DNA of 64,000 nt from Octopus vulgaris (taxonomy: Eukaryota). The position numbers were made by a program, and so were the translations under genes. The stretch is taken from positions 31,000,001 through 31,064,000 of the forward strand of contig OX597832.1 in assembly GCA_951406725.2 (NCBI GenBank). Direction: 5' to 3'. The notes beneath the pieces are model-generated. The model had not been told where the DNA came from. It saw only the letters and a list, made by a program, of their open reading frames with translations, and did no database searches. Shown in pieces: positions 52,900-64,000 of this stretch. Every line of letters starts with the position of its first letter. Within the stretch, counting starts at the first letter, position 1.

Positions 52900-54050
52900 T
52901 AAAAAGCATTTATTCCTCAAAATGTATTCCATCATATTCTGTTGTCTGTTGCCATCATTGAGCCAGAGGCTCAGCTCCACTCTTTTACCATTTGCCTGGT
53001 TTTAGAGGTAAGAAACTCCCTCCATCCATTTTCAACCTCATCTTCATTGTGGAACCTCCGTCCATACAGGAAATGAGGCAAAGTTCTGGAAAGTGGTATC
53101 CTGATGGTGGAAGATTTGGACTGTGGTCAGGGTGAAACAGCACTTCCAGCCCCAAGTTTCTGCTTGGTCACCAATGGCAGTGTGTATTGGGGCATTGTCA
53201 TGCTACAGAAGTGCACGTCTCTGATTGACCGATGCCGGGTTGCAGGCTTTCAAAACATCATACACGTGCTTCAGTTGTCGAGTATAAAGGTTAGTGTTCA
53301 CAGCCTGACCATCTGGGACAGGGTCCAAGTGCAACACCCCATCAAAATCCCACCAAACACACAATGTGACCTTCTGTTCAAACTGTCCTTGTCTGACAAT
53401 AGGTTCTGAAGCCTGACCAGAATGAAATCACTGGTTTTTCCTTTCAGGATTATGAAACAGATCCATTTTTCATCCCCAGTTATTATTCAACATCAAAAAT
53501 GGACATTTTGAGGATTTGCCATCAGTTGTTTGCAAATGTTCATCACGTCCTTGAGCCATGCCAATGGTCAGTTCATGAGGAGCTTCTTGACCGACAGCAT
53601 CTGTTCACAAGGCCAAGCTTATGGAAGTGTTGCTAGAATGTGCTTTGTGAAGGACCAAGTTCTGCCAACAATGTGTAAGTGCTTGGGCTTGGTTGTTGTT
53701 CAACCATTTCAAGCGAGGCCTCATCTTCCACCTGACTCTGGTTTGCCCTTGAGGCAGGTGCCACCTTCCTTGAAACACCTGGTTTAGTCTTGAGCCAATT
53801 CTTGGGCCTTCCACATCATTAATTTTCTTTTTGCTGCTGCCCTTCCACTCAGTCCATTTTCCCACAGGTTGCTTAAAATCCCTCTAATTGCTATTTATTC
53901 ATCCCTCAATATCAAAGCTGTAAAACAAAGAACAAACAATTAATGCTTATTTGTTAATTGGGAAAACAGAGAATAAACGATTCAGCAACGAATTTGGACA
54001 GCAAATTCTTTCATATCAATGTTAAAACATGGAGACACAAGTTGCCAAAA
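52900..54050 (-). mobile_element. Decayed mariner transposon
   Basis: Minus-strand HDNAP and GLEVLFHPDHSPNLPPSGYHF (resembling GWEVLPHPPYSPDLAPSDYHLF). Confidence 0.8.
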
Positions 54051-54660
54051 ATCCTCAATGAAAATCCAACTTTTGACTCAGCATTTTGATTCAACCAGGT
54101 TCTTCTAATCATTGTAAATACTGTGAGTGGTCCATGGCAGGAATTCTGGTGTCAGAGTGACCCTGTGATATTTTACTTCACTCATCTGCTATACAAGTTC
54201 TAATCTCTCCAGGGGCTGACTTTACCAAATATACCTCTTAGGGGTGTTGTTTAGTCCTAAGCCATCCCTGATTTGGCAGATCTGTTATCAAAACTATCTC
54301 AGCCATGACCATCACATCTTGTGGTTTTATCTAAAGTGTCCTTTTCTGGTTAAATAAAACAGCAGGTGATTTGAGGGAGATTAGGCTGTTATGCCTAGAA
54401 GGTTAAGTGGTCTTGTAGTAGCCTCTTGTAGCAGTTTCCTGTATGGTGTGTGTGTGTGTGTGTGTGTTCCCTTTCACTTGTTTCAGCCATTAAACTGCGG
54501 ACATGCTGGGGCACCACCTGGAAGAATTTTAGTCAAACGAATCGACCTCAGTACTTTTTGTTAAAGCCTGGTACTTATTATATCAATCTCTTTTGCTGAA
54601 CTGCTAAGTTACAGGGATGAAAACACACCAACACTAGTAATCAGGCGGTGGTGGAGGGGA

Positions 54661-54739
<79 letters not shown>

Positions 54740-55999
54740 ACACTCACACACACATTTATGCTGGTCAGTTTCTTTTTCCCAAATCCACTCACAAGGATTT
54801 GGTCGGCCCAAGTCTAATGAAGAAGGCACTTGTCCGAGGTGCTGTGCTGTGGGACTGAACCCAGAACCCCATGATTGGGAAGAAAACCTACCATACAGCC
54901 ATGTCCCATGTTGGTAAGCTTTGGATGGTTTGACATGAAGTGGCTATGCGTGTGTGTGTGTGTGTGTGTGTGTGATAAATTCATCATCATCATCATCATC
55001 GTTTAACGTCCGCTTTCCATGCTGGCATGGGTTGGACGGTTTGACTGAGGTCTGGCAAGACAGGAGGCTGCACCAGGCTCCAATCTGATCTGGCAATGTT
55101 CCTACAGCCGGATGCCCTTCCTAACGCCAACCACTCTGAGAATGTAGTGGGTGTTTTTTATGTGTCACCGGCACGGAAGCCGGTCAAGGCAGCACTGGCA
55201 TCGGCCACGTTTGGATGGTGCTTTTTACGTGCCACTGGCACGGGGATCACAACTACAATTTCCATTAGATTTTGATATTGATGTACTTGTCTCAACAGGT
55301 CTCCTCAAGCACAGCAGGTCACCCTACGACCCAAGGTACTTTTGAGTGGGCTGGGGCTGGTTATGTGACACTGGTGTAATATAAAATTAACAAAAATGAG
55401 CCAAAATAAATAAGAATAAAGACAATACCAGTCATATATTGGGGAAGGAGTCTGTTGAAACGGTTATACCTTCTTTCTCTCCTGAAGAATTAGTGCTTCC
55501 GTTTTTATACCCTTCCCCATCTTTCAGAATGGGTTTGATCCGGATACAAGAAATCCTTTTAGTTATATTTATTAAATTCCACAGCCAATCTTTCCATGAC
55601 CATCCCTCCTCTCCTTGAATTTGTGTTATTATCAGAATTTTTCACTGTTCCTGTGGGGTTTGGAGGGCATGATGTGGAAAGTGTAGGGGCGTGAAGTGTT
55701 ATTAGGGGCCAGAAGAGGCCAGTAAGGGGTCAGTGGCAATGTTTAGATTATGCTAATGTGTCACAAGGATCAAGTGACAACACAGATCTGATCTCTCTCT
55801 CTCTCTCCCTCTCCCTCTCCCTCTCTCTCTCCTTCTCCCCTCTCTCACTCTCACTCTCTCTCCTTCTCCCTCTCTCTCTCCCTCTCTCTCTCTCTCACTC
55901 TCTCCCTCATTCTGTCTGTCTTTTTCTCACACACGCACACATATACACTTACGATTATATACTATTTATACACATACACATACACATGAATATACAATG

Positions 56000-56045
<46 letters not shown>

Positions 56046-56694
56046 CTCTCTCTCTCTCTCTCTCTCTGCTTTTTAACAAGGATACCTTCCCATCACTGGA
56101 ATCCACGATAAACATACAAGCACTCACCTTAATACATATGCACACACACACACACACACACGCACATGTGCACGCACACACACACACTGTGGAGCTTAAT
56201 AGGGTGGGGGGAGTCTTTCCACTCGTGGATTCTATGATAAGCACACATGAACTTTCTCTTTCTGTCTGTCTGTCTCTCTATTCTTTCTTTCTTTCTTTCT
56301 CTCTCTCTCTCTCTCTCTGACAGCCATACATACATATACATGGTTGCAATCACATACACATACATATACACACACACATACACACACATGCAGAAATGGC
56401 TCTCAAGTACAGGAATCAGACAAACACACACACACACACACATGCATACACATATGCATGGTCACACACAGACACATACATATACACTGCACACGCACAC
56501 ACACATACATATACACTACACTACACACACACACACACACTGTGGTGGTTCTCCTTCCACAATTGGAATTTCTGATAAACACACACATGCAACCACATAC
56601 ATATATAACATGCACACAGATACACACACACACAAACACATATATGTATACAATACACACACCTGCATCCACACATACATAACCATACATATAT

Positions 56695-56729
<35 letters not shown>

Positions 56730-58029
56730 TACACACACACAGACATGCATGCACACACCAGGATGTCTGTCTGTTTGTCCACAAGTGCCGGGGAGGGAGG
56801 TGGGGTCTCTGATAAACCCCTTGTATTCCTCTCAGAGTCAAGTAGTCTCCTGCACATTTATTTCTTCTACCTCCTCCCCCGCACTCCCATCTTCTTCTCT
56901 CCTGTCCCCTAATATTGTAGGACCCTTGTGGCCATTATAGAATTGGTGGAGCATCAGACAAAACATATCGTCGTGCAGCGTTTAGTTGCTTTCCTCTATG
57001 TTAGGAGTTCAAACCAGACTGTGGCTCAACTTTGCTTGTTTTTGTTTTTAATTCTGTGGGGGGCTAATAAACGAAAATACCAGTTAAATATTGGGGGAAT
57101 CAAATGGTTGGCTGTTCCCCTCTGCTTCTCTAAAAACGTGGCCGGCTGTTAAAGTCAGAAATGTTTGTACTTATTAACAATGTCAGTAATTCTCATCATT
57201 ATCATCACCACTGCCACTGCCACCACCAACAACTTCATCATCATGATCATCATCATTATCATCATCAACAACAAAAATTTCGTCATCATCATCATCACCA
57301 CCATCACTGCTATCATTGTCATTACGATCATCATCGTTACTATGATTGTCATGGACATCATCATCATCATCATCATCATCATCACCTATACCAACATTGC
57401 TACCACCATCATCATCATCATCACTAACAACAACAACAACAAGATCATGGCATTAATTATGATGATGATGATGACGATGAGTGGGCTGGTGGATCAACCG
57501 GACTTGTTAGCACTTTGGACCAAATTCTTTGTGGCATTTTGGCTGTTCATATGCTGAGTTCAAAATTCTGCTGGGAGTCAATCTTTTTTTACATTCCTCC
57601 TGGGGTCATACAGTAAAGTACCAGTCATCCTTTGAGGTTGATGCCATCAATGAGCACTCACTCAAAATTACTGGCCTTGTGCCTAAATTAGAAACCTTTA
57701 TTATAATGGCGGTGGAGGTGGGGGGTGGGTGTTATAGACTGGCAAAATCTTTGGGGCATCAAACAATACATATTACTGTATTTAGTTGTGGACCCTAATT
57801 TTCAGGGTTCAAACCCAACTAAGATCAGCTCTACTCATCATCACTGAGGGTGGGGTAAGTTAATAGAATAAAGTACCAGTTATGTACTGGGGTTGATTCA
57901 GCTCTACCTGCCTCTAACTTTTCCACACATGTTCTGTTTGAAAGAATATAACAGTTGTAATTGTGTCCTGGGTTTGACTTTAAATTGCACCCTTTTAAAG
58001 GGGCTCTGGTTTGATAGTTCCTGGGTTTT

Positions 58030-58416
58030 AGGAGCTACACCATCAATGGAGGGTACTATGACAACTTGCTGAGGCAGTTTACAAAAGGCTATCAAGAGCA
58101 AACGCTCAAGAAAACTGAGGGTTTTGTTTCATGGAGTCAGTGCTCCAGTACACAAGTCCTTGGTTTCTTGATTTGACCCCATCTGACAATCATCTGATCC
58201 TCAAAACAATCTCAGTGGTGATGGCATCCTGTCTGCTGTTGGTAACTTTTTTGACCAACAGGATGGAAGCTTCGTCACCATAGGGATTGAAGCATTGAAA
58301 CAGTGATGGAAGAAGTACGTGGAACACAAAGGAGTCTGTTGGAAAATAAATGTCATTTTAACACATTCCATGAGAGTATTGTGGTCAGCCTGTCAGTTTT
58401 TCAATCGGCCCTTGTA
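58030..58416 (+). mobile_element. Mariner 3' fragment with probable terminal inverted repeat
   Basis: TINGGYYDNLLRQ and WKKYVEHKG remnants, ending ...TTTTCAATCGGCCCTTGTA. Confidence 0.6.
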
Positions 58417-59719
58417 TGTGGTCTGTGTGGGTGTAGCTCTGTAGTCATCAAGTGTTAACATACAAATGGATGTACTCTACATCCTGTGTACAGTACAGTA
58501 CTCTTTCCTTTGTGCACGTCTAGTTGTGTTCGTACCTGTACCCCCCACCCTACAGCTTGATAAACTAGTGTTGGTTTGTTCACATTGTCATAACTTAGAG
58601 GATCAGCAGAAGAGACAGATAGAATAAGTACCAAGTTTTAAAATCACAAATGCCGGGGTTCAGCCCTTAAGGGGTTCAACCCTTACAGTTGAATCCTTAA
58701 AGGTAGAGCCCCAGTATGGACACAGTCCAATGATGGAAACAAGTAATAAATAAGTGGTAACAAAACATAGAGTTCCTTTCAAGCATTGGGCCCCATGGAG
58801 GCAATGTCTGAGGCCTTTGGCATTATGTCATGCTTGAGAAGACCCATCAAGTCAAGAAAAAAATCACAGTTGTGGCAGATACCAGTGTCATGCAAATGGC
58901 ACCCATGCCAGTGGCACGTAAAAGTACCCATTACACTCTTGGAGTGGTTGGCATTAGGAATGGCATCCAGCCATAGCAAACCATGCCAAATCAGACTGGA
59001 GTCTGGTGCAGCCTTCAACCTTACCAGCCTTGGTCAAGCCTGATGATGATGGTGATGGTGGTGGTGGTGGTGGTGGTGGTGGTGGTGATGGTGATGATGA
59101 TAGTGATGGTGATGGTGGTGGTGGTGGTGGTGGTGATGGTGATGGTGATGATGATGGTGATGGTGGTGGTGGTGATGGTGATGGTGATGATGATGATGAT
59201 GATGATGATACACATATTTTATTTGCGTGTTTATATTGTTAAACTGAGTCTCAACTCATTGAAATTTCCTTTGATTTCAAATATGGAGTGAAGTATATAT
59301 GACACACAGGACGGTTATTAAAGTCTCTTCATCATATTTTGTCCACCTTTTGTCATCCTTACGAGATGTGTGAATTGCTGGAAGCTTACTAACTTCCCAT
59401 GCCAGGATCTTTCAGATCATACTGTCCAACCCATGCCAGCATGGAAAATGGACGTTAAACGATGACGATGATGATATATAAATGTGTGTGTGTGTGTGTC
59501 TATGTTGAAACATATATTACTATATTGGGGATGGTATTTTTTTTTGCCAAATAACCGCACGCACTCTCCATCAGACATGTCTTTCCCTGTTTGATCCAGG
59601 GATACGGCTCTAACATAGGAATAATAATGGAATTGAAGCTAAAAGGACAAGTAAATAGCGTGTTTGATTGATTAGCAAAAAAAAAACACTGTCCCCCAAA
59701 TATAAAAATAATATACTCT

Positions 59720-60115
59720 CTCTCTCTTTTACTTGTTTCAGTCATTTGACTGTGGCCATGCTGGAGCACCACCTTTAATCGAGCAACTCGACCCCGGGAC
59801 TTATTCTTTGTAAGCCCAGTACTTATTCTATCGGTCTCTTTTGCTGAACCGCTAAGTAATGGGGACATAAACACACCAGCATTGGTTGTCAAGCAATGCT
59901 AGGGGGACAAACACAGACAAACAAACACACACACATATATATACATATACATATATACGACGGGCTTCTTTCAGTTTCCGTCTACCAAATCCACTCACAA
60001 GACTTTGGTCGGCCCGAGGCTATAGTAGAAGACACTTGCCCAAGGTGCCACACAGTGGGACTGAACCCGGAACCATGTGGTTGGTAAGCAAGCTACTTAC
60101 CACACAGCCACTCCT
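59720..60115 (-). mobile_element. Full-length tRNA-derived SINE family B
   Basis: Head TGGCTGTGTGG (A-box-like) and GGTTCAGTCCC (B-box-like), internal TA/TG microsatellite, tail CCAGCATGGCC..GACTGAAACAAGTAAAAGAG. Other copies at about 815, 1630, 17210, 28950, 40960, 45485, 45963 and 54475. Confidence 0.85.
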
Positions 60116-60725
60116 GCTGATATATAAGGAGGTGAGGGTAGCAGAAACGTTAGCACGCTGGGCGAAATGCTTAGCATTATTTTGTCTGTCTTTATGTTCT
60201 GAGTTCAAATTCCGCTGAGGTTGGTTTTGCCTTTCATCCTTTCGGGGTCGATAAATTAAGTACCAGTTGTGTGCTGGGGTTGATCTAATCGACTGGACCC
60301 TTCTCCAAAAATTTTGGGCCTTGTGCCTAGAGTAGAAAAGAATGGTTAAAAATTCTGCCGAGGTCGGCTTTGCGTTTCATACTTCCTGGGTCGATAAATT
60401 TAGTACCAGTTGCTTACTGGGGTCAATCAAATCGACAGAACCCCGCCCCAAAAATTTTGTGCCTTGTTCCTAGAATAGAAAAGAATATATATATATATGT
60501 GTATATATATATATATATATTTATGTATGTATGTATGTGCACACGCATATACACCCATGTGTCATCCAGCATCTCAGTGCCGACCACACAGCCATCATCA
60601 TCATCATCATTTGGCTGCTATTTCTAGCTGTTTTGTCACTCCTGTAGCTGTTTCCTTCTTTTCATATATTTATGTGTTTAAAACACATGTAACTCTTGAT
60701 GGGAAATAAATCTCTGGTGCTAATG

Positions 60726-60782
<57 letters not shown>

Positions 60783-60955
60783 GCCATAATAGATCTGTGT
60801 GTATGTGTGTGATGAGATGTGTTTTGTGTGTGTGTGATGTGTGTGTGTTGGGGTCTGTGTGTGTATGTCATGTAACTGCGTGAGGCGTGAATGTATGTAG
60901 ATATGTTTGTGTGTATACCTATGTGAACCATCACTGTGTGTGAATATGTTTTGAA

Positions 60956-61002
<47 letters not shown>

Positions 61003-61395
61003 ATGTATGAGTGAGAGGTGTGAAACTGTGTGTACGTGTGAGGGGTAGGGGCAGAGACAATGGCCTCCGTTTATCAGTCCAATGGGAGTCTATGTACATG
61101 TGACGATGTGTCATGTCGTCAATGGCAACACTGATGGTGGCGGAGGCGGTGATGATGATGATGATGATGATTGTTATGGTAATGGGGAGGGCGGGTGGGT
61201 TGTTGTAGGGGATAATCAATGTTAAGGATGGTGGTGGTGATTGTTATGATGATGATGATGATGATGATGATGGTGCTGTTACCGTTGTTGCTGACCATGT
61301 TTGTGGTTTTAATGGTTATGTTGATGTCGGCGGGAGGGGTGGGCGTGCTCGTGACAGTGATGTTGGTGGGATGATAGTGGTGCTGCTGATGGTGG

Positions 61396-61430
<35 letters not shown>

Positions 61431-61937
61431 CAGGGAGTGCATTATTTTGATGGTATTGGTGATGGTGATGGTGATGACGACAACGATGATGAGGAGGAGG
61501 AGGAAGACGATGATGATGATGACGACAATGATGATGATGATGATCATGATGATGGTGATGATGATACTGATCATCATCATCGTCATCAAGATGATGGTGA
61601 TGACGATGATGGTGATGGTGATGTTGAAAATGATGAAGATGACAACGGTGGTGATGCTGACAACAAACTGTGATGGTGTTGATGTCCGTCCACTCTAAAC
61701 AGTCAATAGATTTATAAACCAACCGGTCAGTGTAAAGTTACACAAGACGGCAGGGGTTGGGGTTGGGTGGGGTGGGGATTTGGGTTGATGGAGAGGTGGA
61801 GGTGTTGGTGGTGGTGGTGTTGTTGAACAGGATGGTGGTGGTAAGATAATTTTTTTTTTTAATTATTCATCATGAAATTAATGGGGCTGAATGACTCTAA
61901 TCAACCTCTCACCACCCCCCACATACAACCACCATCA

Positions 61938-61985
<48 letters not shown>

Positions 61986-62755
61986 TATACACTGAGTAAC
62001 ACCACCACCACCACCACCACCACCACCACCACCTCATATACAGCACTCCTACCACCACACACACAACTACCACTCATTGCTATATAAAACCACTACATAC
62101 AACCACCGCACTACTTAAACTTATTGTCCCCCCCCCCCTCGCCACTATCAAAGCACTACCTCTAACATCCACCACCACCACCACCACCATCACTAGAAGT
62201 GCTGTGGTGGTGGTGGTGGTGATAGATTTATTTGTTATCTTTTGCTTGTCTGTGTGTATGTATGCATATCTGTATTTGTGTGTGTGTGTGTTGTATATCT
62301 AAGGAGATAGTGTTTGTGTGTGTTTGAGGGTTGTGTGTGTATGTGTGTGTGTATGTGTGTGTGTGTGTGTGAATTATGTATGGTATGAAGTGGTATGATG
62401 AGGACGTGTGTGTGTGTGTGTGTGTAAGTGGAAGGAGCTATGAATATTTTTGTATTAATGTAGTTGAGGGATTGGTGTGAGCCACATGTAAACTGGACAC
62501 TGGTCAGATGACTGACCAGTTTGTGTGTGTGTGGTGGGTAAGGGGGTGGCAGATGTTGATGTTGATATACACAATTACATGGAAGGGAATAGATTGTTTC
62601 TTGGAGATTTTTGAAGGAACTAAGTAAGCAACAAATACCTGTAACCATCTTACCAATGTCTTCAAGAAGGAACCAAACATTTGGAATTGAAATCATCCAG
62701 TGAAGGAACCAATGATGGAAACCCTGCATAGGTCAAATCTCTCTCTCTCTCTCTC

Positions 62756-62803
<48 letters not shown>

Positions 62804-64000
62804 TTGCAATGGATAAATTGTCAACATTTTACATTTTTAATTTTGTGCATGCGCATTGGCATTGTCTGTTTTTGATTTTGTTGACTACACAGTTTAGTAG
62901 AGTCAGTTGGGCACCATCTGTAAGAAAAACAGCACCATGACGCAATGGTGTCACCAGCACAGGCACAGGTGCCACTTACGTGACACCAACACCAGCCCTG
63001 ACTACGATTGCACTTGGCTTGACAAGTCTTCTCCAGCACAGCCTATGGCCAGTGGTCTTGGTCATTTGTCGTCACCTCTGCTGAAGCCCAACGTTCAAAA
63101 ATCATGCTTCACCATTTGTCCCAAGTCTTCCTGGGTTTACCTCTTCCACAGGTTCCATCAACAATTCGACACGGACGAGGATATGCACATGATGACGATC
63201 ATCATCATCATCATTGTTTAACGTCCGCCTTCCATGCTAGTATGAGGGGGACGGTTTGACAGGAGCTGGTCAGGCAAGGAGCCTGCATCGAATGTCTGTG
63301 TCTGTTTAGACAGGGTTTTTACAGCTGGATGCCCTTCCTAACACCAACCGCTTAGCAGAGTGGACTGAGTGATTTTTATGTGGCTCAAGCACAGGCGAGG
63401 TCAGTTTTGGCATGAGTTTTACAGCTGGATGCCCTTCCTAATATCAACCACTTTACAGTGTGGACTGGATGTTCTTTATATGGCACCAGCACTGGCAGGG
63501 TCACCAAATAATTTGCAAGACAAGGAATTATGAGAGGAGCAGGGGCATTTGAGGAGGGGGACTTATGTCAGATGATAAAAGGTTGTAGTGAGACAGAGAG
63601 GCAGAAACAGGTGTCTTGCTGTATGGAGAAGTACATGATTATCCAACCAGGGAAAGAGAGAGAGAGAGAGAGAGAGAGATGAGGACGACAGAAACAGGTG
63701 TGCTGCTGGAAAGGAGATACATGGTTAACCAACATGAGGGAAGAGGAGGAGAAGGAGAGAGAGAGAGAGAGTGGGAGGCAGCAGGAGAGAGATGATGGCA
63801 AAGTGCTGGGCATGCTCACTAGGGATGGGGACCAGAAAATAAATGGGATGGTCGAGTAAAAGAGAGGAGAAAGAAAGATGGTGGCAGGCACCAGGACATA
63901 GCCTTGAGGTACAGAAGTGATGATGTAAGTGGCAGAAGTGTGAGTAGAGAGTGGTGGTGAGGGATGCTGTACAGAGGAGGGAAGCTAATGGGTAGCAATG

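Noticed and set aside
62560-62735. Exon candidates on either strand in a unique island
   Set aside because: Splice sites are weak or conflicting and no frame gives a recognisable peptide.

Overview
Repeat-rich eukaryotic genomic DNA, most likely from an octopus (inferred from the SINE/RTE-tail families and extreme microsatellite load). Two real genes could be reconstructed by hand. (1) A complete 9-exon RCL1 (RNA 3'-terminal phosphate cyclase-like 1) on the minus strand, 17701->9340, with a 1140-nt CDS (379 aa). Its intron 5 is a U12-type (minor spliceosome) intron. (2) The first two coding exons of a METTL4 (MT-A70 family adenine methyltransferase) homologue on the plus strand (18334-18552, 19591-19653), head-to-head with RCL1 across 632 bp. 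That gap holds a duplicated motif block and a perfect 14-bp hairpin whose 3' arm can also pair over the METTL4 AUG. I could not find the METTL4 catalytic exons in the remaining 44 kb. The rest is degenerate Tc1/mariner transposons, an L1/Tx1-type LINE, RTE tails, tRNA-derived SINEs, fold-back elements, a 32-bp minisatellite and microsatellites. There are also three minus-strand motifs resembling Penelope-type minimal hammerhead ribozymes and several unique-sequence islands with orphan splice signals. Nearly all ORFs in the supplied track are microsatellite or SINE artefacts. Homology statements come from recalled protein sequences, not database searches. Repeat boundaries are approximate.
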